Below, piece by piece: positions 17,628 to 30,200 of a DNA stretch of 53,593 nucleotides (positions are counted from its first letter, which is position 1; every line of letters begins with the position of its first letter). The stretch lies in IMG/VR virus record IMGVR_UViG_3300023108_000037, positions 1-53,593 of that record. One strand, 5' to 3'. Made by a program: the position numbers and the translations under genes. This DNA is from a virus (Duplodnaviria > Caudoviricetes). The notes under the pieces were generated by a model. It saw only the letters and a list, made by a program, of their open reading frames with translations. It was not told where the DNA came from and did not search any database.

Positions 17628-18454
17628 TATCCGATAAGATCAAGGGGAGGAATTTCGTATTCTGAGAGCATTCTATTCTTGATGTCCAGAATTTCTCTTT
17701 CGGCATCGTCGTAGATTTCTCTACCATTAAGTTCAATACCACCAGGAAGTTTTGCTCCCTTGAACTTGATGAGGTTCTGACCCCACTGTCTCTTAATCAA
17801 AGCAGTTAGATATAACTTTACGAAAGAGTCGTTATATACGTTAGTAAAATCATCTGGATTAATAATTCTGTAGCAATCCAATACAATGTAATCACCAGAC
17901 ACAGCACTTGCCCAGTCGATGTCCATGTACAATCTATTTTGTCTCTTATTAAATCTTAATTGCTTATCAGTTGTCAGAAGGAAGTCAATATCTTCAAGAT
18001 AACTCTTTGTCATTGCATAGGAAAGAAGACCCTGATATCCAAGGTCAAATGCAATGTCATTCAAGAATAACTGATACTTGACACTGAACATTCCATTGGA
18101 AATAGAACTGGAGTCAAATTTAAATACTTTTTCGATTCCAATAATCGAATCTGGAACTTGAATATAGTTACCGTTTTCGTACCAAGTGAAATTAGTCGTT
18201 ACACCAACAGCAGTCTCGCTTGAAATACCTGTTCCACCAGGACCAGCTCTTCCACGGTCTTTGTCTTCTTCAGTAATTTGATACTTTAAGAAAGTTCTTA
18301 CAACACCATCAAAATGCCTTTCATGAAACAACTGAAGAGCGTCGTCTACGGCATCATCAATCTGTTCATCGGCAACGTTGATTTCCAGAACAGGGGCACC
18401 AAGTTTTCTAAGACAATAATCAATGAGTGATTGTCTACTATTCGGTTTTGCCAT
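17627..18454 (-). CDS. gp13: Neck protein gp13
   Basis: 275 aa; YCLRKLGAPVLEINV, KRQWGQNL.KF, LPGG..LNG motifs. Confidence 0.97.
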   Translation of the reverse strand: MAKPNSRQSLIDYCLRKLGAPVLEINVADEQIDDAVDDALQLFHERHFDGVVRTFLKYQITEEDKDRGRAGPGGTGISSETAVGVTTNFTWYENGNYIQVPDSIIGIEKVFKFDSSSISNGMFSVKYQLFLNDIAFDLGYQGLLSYAMTKSYLEDIDFLLTTDKQLRFNKRQNRLYMDIDWASAVSGDYIVLDCYRIINPDDFTNVYNDSFVKLYLTALIKRQWGQNLIKFKGAKLPGGIELNGREIYDDAEREILDIKNRMLSEYEIPPLDLIG

Positions 18455-21400
18455 CAGAAGGAGCCTCCGTCAAATACGTCTGTCCACACTGGAACACCAG
18501 ATGCGTTAGTTGTGAGAAGATAATTAGAAGTTGTAATACCACTAGTTGTCGCACCACTGCTGACGATTAATCCGTCACCATCAAAGAATGCGATTCCATT
18601 AGGACCATTGTAATCACCAGAATCATAATAAATGCCATCCGTTGCGGAAAGGAATCCGACAATGTTGACGTGAGTGCTGATGGCAACATTGCTACCAATC
18701 TCAGAGTTTAGAGTCAGAGCACCCGTCTTGCTATTTATTGTGTTATTGCTAGCAGAACCAATCTCGATGTTAGCTGCTGTTGTAATACCAGAGACTTGTA
18801 ATGTGTCAGTCTCAGTATGACCTGTTACATCAATACCATCAGCAGTGGTTTCAAATGTCTTGGTGTTGTCGTAGTAGAGTTCTACCGCTCCATCTGTAAT
18901 GAATTTAGCTTTAGTTTCGGCACCATTTATATTGCCAATAATTACTTCACTATCTCCCCAGATGTTTAGATTTCCAGGTCCAATATCTTGAATAACAGAT
19001 CCAACTGCAGGATCTGAAGAATGATAAATCTGTAAATCTATATCATCACCAAAAGTTAATTTGAAATCATCAATAATTTCAACTGAATTTTGGAATGTAG
19101 AAGCAGCAGAAACAAGAACACCGCCAGTAATCGTTACACCATGAGTAGTGGTTTCAAATTTCTTGACGTTATCAAAGTAAAGATCTACTGAACTATTCTT
19201 GTTAAATTGTCCATATACTTCATTACCACCAACATCAGTAATCCTTACATCGGAATCTCCCTGAAGGAAAAGAACACCAGTTCCTTCATCTCTAATGACT
19301 GAGTGTGATCCATTATGGAAGATTTTTAAGTCATCAGAGTTACCAAAGTTCAGAACATCGTTGTCACCGAAGTAAACATTATCTTGGAATGTGGCAATAC
19401 CAGAGAACGTGAAGTTGGTAGCAAAACCAGAACTAATGTTGATGGTATCAAACTCACCGAGAGGAGAATCGACTTGAGTGAGAGTAGCAATTCCACTGGC
19501 ATTGATGTTTTCAACTAGAGTGTCACCGACAACATCCAGTCTAGATCTTGGTGAGGCTGTTCCAATTCCAAGGTTTTGGTTGTTATCCAACCGCATTCCC
19601 TCAGTGCCATCAGTATTGAATCTGATAGTTCCGTCAGAACCAGAATCATCAAGAGCGATCGAAGTATCACCTCTTTGGAAAGCATCAATCTGAACGACCT
19701 GTGCCGTCAAGATACCAACAATATTCACATCACCGATAATATTAACCTCACCAGAACCAGCTGGGTTGATGTTTAGATCACCAGAAAGTGTCTCAATGTT
19801 GTTTCCAGAAATCGTGACGTTTCCGAACTGACCACTAGTTGGTGTGATAACACTGCTGTTAGTGCCATCAGTAATCGTCAGGGAAGAAAGTGCTTGAAGA
19901 CTTGTTACCTGGTTGGTAAAGGATACTGTTCCGTTTTCTTGGTCAACGAAGAATGCTTCACCAACTCTGAAGTCACCTTTGTGGTCAATACTGACATAGG
20001 AAACTTCACCGTTGTTCAGTTCTGTAACTTCGTTTGCTTGAATAGCAAGGTTGGGATCGTTAGAGAAATCTCCACCAGAACCGATGAAGTTGAAATTAAC
20101 TGCGAAGAATCTCAGAGTAACACCGTCACCATCAGCGACGACACCCTTCTGACCATACTCAAGAGCACAACCAACAGAACGCATGTCAGCACCAAACTGA
20201 CTAAAGTCTGCCAATGTGAATTTGGTTGCGGTTCCGATTCCACCACCAGCTTGAGTAATGCGGATATCCTGATTGACGATGATGTCATCAGACGTAGTGG
20301 TTACACCAGCAGCACCATTGAAGTGAAGGAGAACAGAGGTATCTCTATCACCCAGAAGTTCTGCTACTGGAGCAGTAAAGTTTGATGTATACTTGCTGAC
20401 ATCTTTTTCAACTCTGAACTCATCAATGTATCCCTTATAAGCACCTGTAGCACCGTCATATTCGGCACCAAGGACCATTGGCTTGGTGCTTCCATAGTCA
20501 TTGCTATCCGAGTAAGTAGAACCCTCTTGTGTGCCGTTAATGAATAGTTTTGTAGATGTAGACTCTCTGGCAAGAGCAATGTGATAATAAGTTCCAGTGC
20601 TCAATCCAGTGTTACCAAGAATGGCAGTCGTAGCACCTACTTGTACACCGATACTAGCACCAACGGAAACGATGTTAAGAGCAGTATCAGATGCTGACCC
20701 ATTTCTTAAGTCAAAGATTGTTTTCTTACCAGTGATTTCATCTGGTCTAATGAAGAACTCAACGGTGAAGTCATTCGCTCCGAAACCGAATCCACCAGCA
20801 GTCTCAGCACTAATAGAATCATTTGTACCGTCAAGATACAGAGATGCTGTCCCAAACTTAGGGAAATTGGTGGAAAGTTGTGCATCACCATTGAAGGTAA
20901 CTGCCTGAGCAGTTCTATTTGGAAGAACTTCAAATCCCTCGCTCTTACCAGAAATTCTGAAATAAGTGGCATCGGCACTAGCAACAATACCAGTTGCCAG
21001 ACCAGTTACACCGTCAGTATCAAAATAGGTAACGGTGTTGCCGACTCCAACGTCTGTCGTAAGACCAGTTGCTCTCAGTCTTGTCTTACCATCAGAAGCG
21101 AGTCCAACAGTGCCAGACGTACCTTCAATACCAGTTGCAGCAAAGTAAGAGAAGCAGTTTAGGAACTCAACACGAGCTCCGTTTGTCATTTCAATACCCT
21201 TACTGTTTGGTACAATAAAAGTACACTCATTGAATAGGAAACCTGCCTCCAGAGAATCACTGGTTACTTCAGAACCATCAATATAAGCACCACCACCAGC
21301 AATGTAAGAGGATGGTGGGGAATCTGCTGAACTATAACCATATGGATCATCAGCAGTGGTGTTACTACCAAAGTTCAGAACGGTTACTCTCTGAACATAT

Positions 21401-23493
21401 GGAGATCTCTGCGTAATACCAATTCCAGGAGCATACTTGAATGCATAACCTTGATTACCAGCAGTATCAAAATACTGACCACCAATGGTAAGGTCTTCAA
21501 CAACAGTTCTGTTGTTCATCAAGAAACCATCTTTCTGCTGAGTAGCAGTGGTGGGCACAATCTTCGTAGCACGAAGACCAGCACCTTTAACTGTCAGTCC
21601 CTCTGGAACTGTCAGTGGGAATGTTTCTTCATATACACCAGCTCCGATATTCAGAATATCATTTTCACCAATGTCACTGATATTTGCTAAAGCGTATCCA
21701 ATTGTTCTCCAGGGTCTTTCTGCTCTGTTTCCTTCATTTGCGTCACTTCCATTTTCGGCAACAAAATAAGTGCTGCCAGGAGCAAACGACGTGGAGATGT
21801 TTGCTTCTTGAGGATTTTGCCAGATTAACTTACCACCAGAAATAGTCAGGATGGAGTTAGCGGCACCTACATTGTTGTTGCTGTCATAGATGGCAGTATC
21901 AACTCTTACAATCTCACCAGTGACCGTTGTAGCACTGACAATACCACTTCTGAAGGTAATTGCCGTTCCTACGGTTAACGTGTCTGTAATCGTGGCATAG
22001 GTGCCAGTCAGAGACGTTACAATACCAGTTGTAATCTTGGCATCAAGAGCATCAAGATTTTCTACATCCAGAGTTGGGATTGTAGATACACCAGTCGTGA
22101 TGAGGTTGGCAATGGTGCCAACACCAGTGATATTGATATTTCTACCACTTACCTCATCATATACAACGTCACCAATGACGTTGAGGTTACCAGCAACGTA
22201 AACATCATCTTGGAATGTTGCTACACCTACTACTGTAGAGGCACCAGATACTTGAATGTCAGTGACAATACCAGCAGTAATGTAGGCACTGGTAATCATG
22301 CCAACGTTAATGTTGGCAGCAACTAGATCAGCAGTATTAGCATCAATCGTAGTAATTGTAGCGGCAGTACCGACAATATCAGTAATGATGCCAGCTGTGA
22401 TCTTGACATCTTTTGCGTCAAGAACTTCGATATCTACTGTATTAATCGTCGCATAAGTACCAACCTGACTGGTTATAATACCAGACGTGATTTTAACATC
22501 ATTAAGATCAGCAGTTTCAGAATCAAGAGTGGTGATTGTACCAAGACCACTATTGAAATTGGCAATAGTACCAACACCACTAATATTGAGATTACGACCT
22601 CTTACCTCATCATATACAATATCACCAGTTACATTTAAATCACCAAGGACATAAACATCGGATTCAAACCTAGCGTCACCAACTACGGTAGATGCACCAG
22701 ATACTTGAATATCAGTGAAGATGCCAGCTCTAAGTGTAAGATCTGTAGCAACAAGATTAGTTACATCAACAGTGGTGATAGTGGCAGCAGTACCAACAAT
22801 ATCGGTAATGATACCAGCAGTGATCTTAGCATTAACGATATCACCTTCTGTAGCATCAATCGTCGTGATGGTAGCAGCAGTACCAACAATGTCTGTGATA
22901 ATGCCAGCGGTGATATTAACATCTCTGGCATCAAGAGTCTCAATGTCTACAGTCGTGACTGTGGCATAGGTGCCAACCAGAGAAGTTACGAGACCTGCCG
23001 CAATGTAAGCGTTAGGTACATCAAGATTTACACCAATAGACAGAGAATCGTTGACGGTGCCAACACCAGTTACAACAATCTGTCTTGCAGTGAATTCGTC
23101 AAAAGACAAATCACCTGTAATATCTACGTCTCCTTCGAATACTACATCATTTTTGAATGTAGAAATACCAGAAACCGACAGTCCACTTCCTACTTGGATT
23201 CTATCGATTAAAGCGTTCTCGTTTGCAGAGAGAACCTTTCTGGGTAGCAGAACACCTTCCTGAGTAAGATCATCAGGAAGTCTCTCCATGTAGTACTGAC
23301 CACCTACAGGATAAGGCAGTGTGCTTACACCAGCAGCACTACCAATGTAGAGTTTCCTGTAGGTGCCACCAGCACCAATATTATTAATATCGTAAACGTA
23401 TACTAGTTCACCATCTGTCGCACCTGTGCCTACTGGAGGTAAATCAGGTAAACCAATACCAAACGTTCTTTTTAACTGAATCTGACTGGGCAT
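18454..23493 (-). CDS. Long fibre / structural protein with repeat shaft and LamG-like domain
   Basis: 1679 aa; N-terminal IQLKR..GEL, repeated G/T/I-rich shaft, LamG-like DFTVEFFIR...YHIALAR...GYIDEFR, C-terminal DGGSF. Confidence 0.85.
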   Translation of the reverse strand: MPSQIQLKRTFGIGLPDLPPVGTGATDGELVYVYDINNIGAGGTYRKLYIGSAAGVSTLPYPVGGQYYMERLPDDLTQEGVLLPRKVLSANENALIDRIQVGSGLSVSGISTFKNDVVFEGDVDITGDLSFDEFTARQIVVTGVGTVNDSLSIGVNLDVPNAYIAAGLVTSLVGTYATVTTVDIETLDARDVNITAGIITDIVGTAATITTIDATEGDIVNAKITAGIITDIVGTAATITTVDVTNLVATDLTLRAGIFTDIQVSGASTVVGDARFESDVYVLGDLNVTGDIVYDEVRGRNLNISGVGTIANFNSGLGTITTLDSETADLNDVKITSGIITSQVGTYATINTVDIEVLDAKDVKITAGIITDIVGTAATITTIDANTADLVAANINVGMITSAYITAGIVTDIQVSGASTVVGVATFQDDVYVAGNLNVIGDVVYDEVSGRNINITGVGTIANLITTGVSTIPTLDVENLDALDAKITTGIVTSLTGTYATITDTLTVGTAITFRSGIVSATTVTGEIVRVDTAIYDSNNNVGAANSILTISGGKLIWQNPQEANISTSFAPGSTYFVAENGSDANEGNRAERPWRTIGYALANISDIGENDILNIGAGVYEETFPLTVPEGLTVKGAGLRATKIVPTTATQQKDGFLMNNRTVVEDLTIGGQYFDTAGNQGYAFKYAPGIGITQRSPYVQRVTVLNFGSNTTADDPYGYSSADSPPSSYIAGGGAYIDGSEVTSDSLEAGFLFNECTFIVPNSKGIEMTNGARVEFLNCFSYFAATGIEGTSGTVGLASDGKTRLRATGLTTDVGVGNTVTYFDTDGVTGLATGIVASADATYFRISGKSEGFEVLPNRTAQAVTFNGDAQLSTNFPKFGTASLYLDGTNDSISAETAGGFGFGANDFTVEFFIRPDEITGKKTIFDLRNGSASDTALNIVSVGASIGVQVGATTAILGNTGLSTGTYYHIALARESTSTKLFINGTQEGSTYSDSNDYGSTKPMVLGAEYDGATGAYKGYIDEFRVEKDVSKYTSNFTAPVAELLGDRDTSVLLHFNGAAGVTTTSDDIIVNQDIRITQAGGGIGTATKFTLADFSQFGADMRSVGCALEYGQKGVVADGDGVTLRFFAVNFNFIGSGGDFSNDPNLAIQANEVTELNNGEVSYVSIDHKGDFRVGEAFFVDQENGTVSFTNQVTSLQALSSLTITDGTNSSVITPTSGQFGNVTISGNNIETLSGDLNINPAGSGEVNIIGDVNIVGILTAQVVQIDAFQRGDTSIALDDSGSDGTIRFNTDGTEGMRLDNNQNLGIGTASPRSRLDVVGDTLVENINASGIATLTQVDSPLGEFDTINISSGFATNFTFSGIATFQDNVYFGDNDVLNFGNSDDLKIFHNGSHSVIRDEGTGVLFLQGDSDVRITDVGGNEVYGQFNKNSSVDLYFDNVKKFETTTHGVTITGGVLVSAASTFQNSVEIIDDFKLTFGDDIDLQIYHSSDPAVGSVIQDIGPGNLNIWGDSEVIIGNINGAETKAKFITDGAVELYYDNTKTFETTADGIDVTGHTETDTLQVSGITTAANIEIGSASNNTINSKTGALTLNSEIGSNVAISTHVNIVGFLSATDGIYYDSGDYNGPNGIAFFDGDGLIVSSGATTSGITTSNYLLTTNASGVPVWTDVFDGGSF
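21950..23200 (-). repeat. Nested coding repeats in the fibre shaft (approximate limits)
   Basis: ~30-aa units (ITAGIITDIVGTAATITT.D three times, plus variants) inside three longer units each with DV...GD...GD...DE...R....GVGT. Confidence 0.8.
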
Positions 23494-23717
23494 TAGTAAA
23501 CACCTCCATCAACATTTAATTCAGAAGCGGTAGAAGCGTTAACCCACCTTCCAATCGAACTTTGATACACCAAAATTTGACCGTCTTGTTTATTTGTAAT
23601 ACTTGTGTCGGTTAGAGATTCTAAGGAACCACCTCCACCTCCACCACTGCCAGTAGCACCCGTGGTTAAAACCTTAACCGCTGGTTGCTGACCAACACGA
23701 ACTTTTACCCTTGTCAT
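23493..23717 (-). CDS. Small fibre-associated protein, 74 aa
   Basis: Gly linker, DGQILVY....RW.N motif, C-terminal DGGVY; TAATG-coupled on both sides. Confidence 0.75.
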   Translation of the reverse strand: MTRVKVRVGQQPAVKVLTTGATGSGGGGGGSLESLTDTSITNKQDGQILVYQSSIGRWVNASTASELNVDGGVY

Positions 23718-24055
23718 TACCTGGTAACTCCTCCTCTGACAAGAACGGTTCCCTCTACTACTCGTGTTCTGGTCCCACCAGTTTCAATTACCAAATCATA
23801 AACATATCTTCCAGGTTTTAATGTCGAAGTCAAAGTCGATCCCATTGAGACACTGATGACACCACCAGCAGCATCGGTCACGGTTGTTTGGAATGGTGTG
23901 CTAGTTGTTGCGAGAAAATGTTTTCTCAAAGCAGCACTATGTGCATAACCAGTCAAATCCAAAGCACTGTCAGATGATGCATCTGCCAATGTGAATGATT
24001 GGTCAAAAGTTGCACCAACGTTTACACTTAGATTTGATATGTATACGGCAGCCAT
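23717..24055 (-). CDS. Ig-like virion adaptor protein, 112 aa
   Basis: GATF, LDLTGY, L.PGRYVYD, RVVEG.V.V..GVT motifs; behind a late promoter. Confidence 0.8.
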   Translation of the reverse strand: MAAVYISNLSVNVGATFDQSFTLADASSDSALDLTGYAHSAALRKHFLATTSTPFQTTVTDAAGGVISVSMGSTLTSTLKPGRYVYDLVIETGGTRTRVVEGTVLVRGGVTR

Positions 24056-24079
24056 TTAACGAAAAGCACCCTATAGAGG

Positions 24080-24086
24080 TATTTAT
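24080..24086 (-). promoter_or_regulatory. Late promoter
   Basis: ATAAATA upstream of the 112-aa gene. Confidence 0.7.
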
Positions 24087-24298
24087 CTACCTAATAAGTC
24101 ATGAACTAATCTTTTCAATTCATTTACTTCTTCGTGAAGATCAGAGAGTTCTTTTTCCATGTCTCTCTTTTCTTCTTTTTGTTTTTTTAATGTATTTCTT
24201 TGACGGACATATTCTACATATGCCCGTCTATCTGTGTTGACTATCGCTCCAGTATTTGGGTCACGATAGAGATTTTGATGTCCCTCTACCTTTATCAT
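24083..24298 (-). CDS. Small coiled-coil protein, 71 aa
   Basis: KVEGH.NLYRD..TGAIVN followed by a coiled coil; coupled to the VrlC-like gene. Confidence 0.8.
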   Translation of the reverse strand: MIKVEGHQNLYRDPNTGAIVNTDRRAYVEYVRQRNTLKKQKEEKRDMEKELSDLHEEVNELKRLVHDLLGR

Positions 24299-27200
24299 GC
24301 AAGAGCCAGTGTTCTGATATCTCTGAACATTGGAACCTTAGATTGATTAGTTGTTGTACATACAATCTTGATCACATATCCAGTGAACTGTTCCAGATTA
24401 TCAGCAGTGAACTGATATTCTAGATAATCATTAGGTGTCAAACTTGGTGGGACAATTGCATCTGGATGTCCAGTGTTTGCAGCAATATTTTGAACTTGAT
24501 CACCGAATCCATCACCGTCAGTATCAATGAGATTCTCATATCCAGGGAAGAGTTCGTATGTTTGATCAATCTCACTGGAGTCTGCTCTAACCAACTTATA
24601 CAGAACTCTGAAGTCGGCTTCAGATGGTCTGACAGCAGTAAGAAGAACTTTCAACGAACTAGCAGGTTGCTGGAGATCAATTCTCTGAGAAACATAGATC
24701 GCAGAATGTGGATCTGCATCATCAGAATTGACTCTAGGATCAGTTGCATAATTCATTCCAGGATTATCAATTCTGCTAGAGAGAAGTTGCAGAGATGCCT
24801 GATCAAGATTGATATATGGTGAAACGTAACTATCTGTCGTTTGAAGTTCTACACCAAATGTGAGAGACTTGCTACGAGGAAGATCAGTTGTTCTAGCGTC
24901 TTCATTGACTTTAGAAGCAATCAATCTTGGTGTCTCAAGTTCGTTGATGGTATTGATACCAACAGATTCAAATCCCTGATCAAGGAATGATACCTCTGTT
25001 CCGTTAATGCTGGTTCCAGAGACTGTTCTTACTCTTGCAGAAACACTGGTTCCTTCTCCAGGTGTGACAACATCAAACTGAGGAGCAATGTAGTTGAACT
25101 GAATGTTTTGAGTTGCCTCAGCAATTCTTCCACCTACGAGAGCATTCGTTGTGAATGAAAGTTGTGGTTCCTGATTGGTGTTGTCATCGGTGTCTCTGTT
25201 GGATCTATCGATTTGAATATAGTAACCATCAATGGTTCTATCAACAGAACCCATGTCATGAGTCTTGTTAATTCTTCTCAAACCAACTCCGTTCAATTCA
25301 TACTTACGAGCTTGATCATTGGTTTGGTGTGCAATAGTCAGAGTGTTATCAACACCTCTTTGAAGAACACCAACGGTTCCAACACCAATGGAATCATAAG
25401 CAATGATTTCTTCATTGAGAACCAGATATCCAGTGTTTGCAGCACCAACAGCGATTCCTTCATAAGTAAGCAATCCAGATGTATTTCCGAGAGAGATTAC
25501 GGCATCATCAACACCAAGAGGTGCAGAGAGGACATTGATTGCTGTATTTGGTTCAATCTTGGAGAGGGTTACCTTATTGTTATCGGCATACATTCCGTGA
25601 TTGTAGTGATCAACATGGAACCAAGAACCGTCATTAACATCTCCTGTGGTTAGGCTTGAAGATGTAACATCGACCGAAAGTAACGTGGTGGATGAAGCAC
25701 CTTTGATGTTTCCAGAACCATCATAGTAAGAGAGTGCGGCACCTACCTGCATGTCCTCACCTTGAACGTTGGTCAGATACAGGGTATCGATACCCCAAAG
25801 GTTGTCGATGTTGATAACAGCACCGTCACCAAAACCACCCATCTGAGAGGTGACAAGTCCTACAGTATCTCCAACAACATATCCAGTACCAGAAGAAGCG
25901 ACGGAAACTGCAGTTACATTACTAATTCCCATTCCAACAGTGACGTTAAGTTGTAGTCCTGTTCCATTGCTATTAATATTAAAGGTATCAACAGTTGCAT
26001 CGGGTGTTCCATACCCACTACCACCAGTGAATACTCCGACTCCATTTGTGGGAGAAAGAGGACCACCCTGTTGCTCAACAAATCCAAAGGTATATCCCTT
26101 AGCAGATGTTGTTACTTTTCTTCCAATAGCAAGAGTTGTAATTCCTGCTTGTCCATTAGCATAGGTTTCAATACCAACAGTAAGTTTTCTTGGATAGGTT
26201 TCAATAGGATCTTCACTGAGAATTCTAGTTCCAGCGTTACTAGTATCAAGTTTTGGATTATAGAAGAATGCAGTTCCAGCATTAGTTGTGAAGTTCGCAC
26301 GATAAAGTTTGAACGTCATGTCTTCATACTGATTAGCAGTCCAAATAGACCCGTTCTGAGACAAGAACAAGGAACCCATGGAATATTGTGTTGCGTAGAC
26401 AACACCAGTTGCAGCGGGTAGATCACTGGCATTAACGGTCTTTTGACCCATCTCAGCGACCCACACTTCATACTGATCTGTATCAGCAAGAAGAACAACA
26501 GCAAATTCTCTATTCGGTTCCAGATAAATTGGTGATGGGAACTTGATATTTGTCGCAACGCTAGCATCACTAGACGTTGTAATATCACCTGGTTTTACGA
26601 GAACCCTAGCAGCTGGTGAGACAAGAGTTGTTGTCGGTGTGCCAAGTTCCATGGTGCGAAGTTGGACTTCACAAGGAATATTTCCACCGTCTTTATTAGC
26701 AAAGAAGACATCAACAGAAGTAATGAATGCTCCCTCATCTTCAACCAGGAAAGATTGTGCCAGAGGATCATAGAAGATCGTCTGTACTCTCTGTCTAACA
26801 ATGACACGTCCATTTGCAGTGTAGTTTGTAACTGCTGTGGAAATCAACTTACTACCTGGCAGTGGTTCTGCGTTGGTAGCACTAGTTGTGAGTTTATATT
26901 CTTTGGTTCCTGTGGTAATTCTGACCGCAGGTGGTGGATTTGTAAGTGGATTTCTAAGGAAGAATGTGCCTTGGAGATCACCACCATTATCAGCAATCAA
27001 CTTAATATCAGATACATCTGCCTGAGCACCACTGCTAAGACCTCTCAGTCTCGCACCAACCTCAAGTCTTCCAGAGAAAGCACCTTGAGCTTGTGCTGCA
27101 AGTGCTACGATATCAACGTTAAGAACTGTAGAAGCAAGTGAGTATTGTGTTGGTAATGTAGTTGTATTGTCATATGGGTTAATTGTATAAGCTACTGTTG

Positions 27201-30200
27201 GAGTAGCAAAAGCACCAGACTTATGATCTGGTCTTGCAAGTCTAAATCTGATGATGTCAACACCATCTACAGATCCAACAACTGTTTCACCAACTTGGAA
27301 TACACCTGTTACACCTTCAACTTCAACCAGTTTGGGAACAACATCAACACCACCGTTTCCATCAAGGAATTGGTAGTATCTTCCATATGGTTTGTTTCCT
27401 ACAGAATCAAACGCTACGTTTCTAGACCTCATGAATTGATCAGGTCTATTAGATACAACTCTTACTCCACCAGAACTGCTTCCTGCTCTGCCTGGGTTTG
27501 GAATCCAAGAAATTCTTGCAGCCCGCCAGAGATTTCTAACCCAGAAGTCAGACTTTGGTGTAAGATCAACACTTCCATTGTATAGAACAACATTAAATGG
27601 GTTTACGTTCTCAACCTTAGTGGCATGTGGTTGACTCAGATACTCAACTTCATCATAGTTGAGTGTAATCATTCGACCAGTCTTAGTGACATTTGGATCT
27701 AAGAGATCAAAATCAACACCTAGATCGATCTCATTATCTGGAATATTAACACTAGATGAAACAAGAGCATCTAATGAAATTGCATCCAAGAATGGTTTTA
27801 ACTCATTATCTTGTGGAAGCATTACCGATCTGGGATCGATAAAGTTGGCATTTCTAAAATTATCAACAAAGAAACCAGACTTGAATCTATTAAGTCCAGT
27901 GGCATCTTGAACCTGAAGTGATTGGGTCTCCAATTCCAAAAGATTCAAAGAGGTTATTTCTTCAAGACTTTCAATTCTATCCTCAAGTTTCCCGATATCA
28001 CGCATGGTGTATCTTCTATTATCTTCCATCGTGATGGAAACATTATCAAGATTATAAAGATAGGCAGGAAGTTCAAGAGTCGCTAGAAGCATTGCTTCAC
28101 TGATCTTATCAGGTGCCTTTGGATTTCTATCGGGAACACCCTCTACATATACGAATTTACCAAGTGTATCAACGTACAGTCTATCAATTCTAGGAGCGTA
28201 GAACTTATACCCAATTACAGAACTTTCATTCGCAGAAAGAATAATTTTGGGTTGATCTGTGAATACTCTTGATTTGAAATCAAATGGTGATGCTGATGCA
28301 CTGCTGGGATCAAAGATAGCAACTCTAGGTCTAAAATCTAAAGTATCCGAAGCTCTTTGCTGCTGATTTCCAATGAGTGGGACATCTTCAGAGAATCTCT
28401 CTGCATCGTAACTATCTACGGTGAAGATATCACCCTCATCGTTGGAAGGCACAGTGTAATGATCAAATACAACGAAAAGCCTTCTAGTTGGTTCGGAGTA
28501 ACCATCATTTCTTACCAATCTAGCATAATCATAATATTGACTCTTTTGACCTTTATCTAGGGAAAATCTATTGGTAACATCAGTGTATCTTCCAGATACG
28601 ATTGATTGAATTTTTCCAATTACATTTGATTCTCTAAACAATACATTTTCTTGAGTAGTAAATTTACTCTCAGTGAGATAGACAAATGTAATTTGATTGG
28701 CACCTTTTGTCACTACTTTTGCAATGGCACCTGAACTTGATCCAATCAAGTTTTCACCAAGAATCACGCTATCATTGATGTCGGGATTTGTGAAGAAGTT
28801 GAGAGTATCTAAGGTTACTCCAGTTTCATCAATTGCTTGAAAAACAGCAAATATATTTGCTACATCTGGATAGTTTAGGCAGATTTCTTTATCCTGCACT
28901 CTCAGTCCATAAAAAGTGCTCTTTTCGAGACCGTCATTGATGCTGCTGTTTGCATCAGTTCCAGAATTACTATATTTGGATCTGGTTACCTCAAGAGTTC
29001 TTACTCTATTGTAAACTTTCTGTTTATTTTGAACTGCAGTTTTTCTGACTGTAGCAATAACATTTACGTTAGATTGACTTGCTCTAAGACCATTGATAGT
29101 AACAACATTCGAAGAGATTGATACTTGATCGTCACGAAGTGGTTCAACATCACCATCACTATAAATGACAGAATATCTTTCCTCATCAAATGCTTCAAAA
29201 AGAATATCTGTGAGACCAGTGATATCTGTAGCAGAGAGTGTAAGAACACCTGCTGCATTGGTAGTTTTTCCAGTTGCCTCAACAGTTGCTTTCAGAGTAG
29301 AACCAGTAAAATCAACTGTAGCAATGTTTCCATCATCTAACTGTGCATACAGGAATCCTTCTTCTTCATTTCTGATGGAGGATCTTCCTCTTCTAAACTG
29401 TACTGTTGTGGTAGAAGTTGGAAGGGCACCATCATTAACGTTATTAACAGTGTGTACCGCTTGCAGGTTCATAATCAAACCATCAGCAGTAATAGAACTT
29501 ACTCTATTAAATGTTGCTGTAGAGAATCCAGGTCTTTGATATCTAATGATGTCACCAACCTTAAAATTGGTAAAGTCATTTCCAGCAGAAGTTGTGACAC
29601 CAGCGTTATTGATTGTGATTGTATCAGCAACAGTGAATCCATTAGGGACGGTAAAGTCTAAAACTGTGTCTGCGGTAAAATCAGTGGTATATCCAGCTAA
29701 AGCACTGCTATCTTGGAAAACCATCCTGATATCACCAGAGCCATAAGACTTGACGTTATTTACGGTTCTGGGTGTTGTAGAGATACCGTTGATACTAATA
29801 GATTCTCCTTGAATAAAACTGCCAGCAGTTTGCCTCAGGAAGACGTTAGAACTGCCTGATCCTACAGTTGTGGCATATCCAGTTGCACCACTACTCAGAC
29901 CTCTAATGAATGAGGTATCTGGAAGTTCACCAGCACTGAGAGTGTTATTTAATTGAATTCTAGTATATGTTTGAACATCATATAGATAGCAATCGTAAAT
30001 TGTTGTCTCTGTTCTAGCAATACTTACTTGAGATTCTGGTTTTACTGTATATACTCTTGCTTCACCAATCTGAGTTCCATTGCTACCACCACCATTATCT
30101 CTTCTCTCATCATAGAGTTGAACAGCGTCCTTAAATTTAGGAATTCCAGTAACGTTGTTCAATTTAAGAAGGTTACCCATCTCAAAGTCAACGGCAGAAG

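Noticed and set aside
21950-23200. Diversity-generating retroelement or invertible cassette in the fibre gene
   Set aside because: No reverse transcriptase or invertase in the window; repeat differences are mostly synonymous, not adenine-specific.
23490-23496. Programmed frameshift fusing the 74-aa ORF to the fibre
   Set aside because: The junction is an ordinary TAATG stop-start overlap with no slippery sequence.
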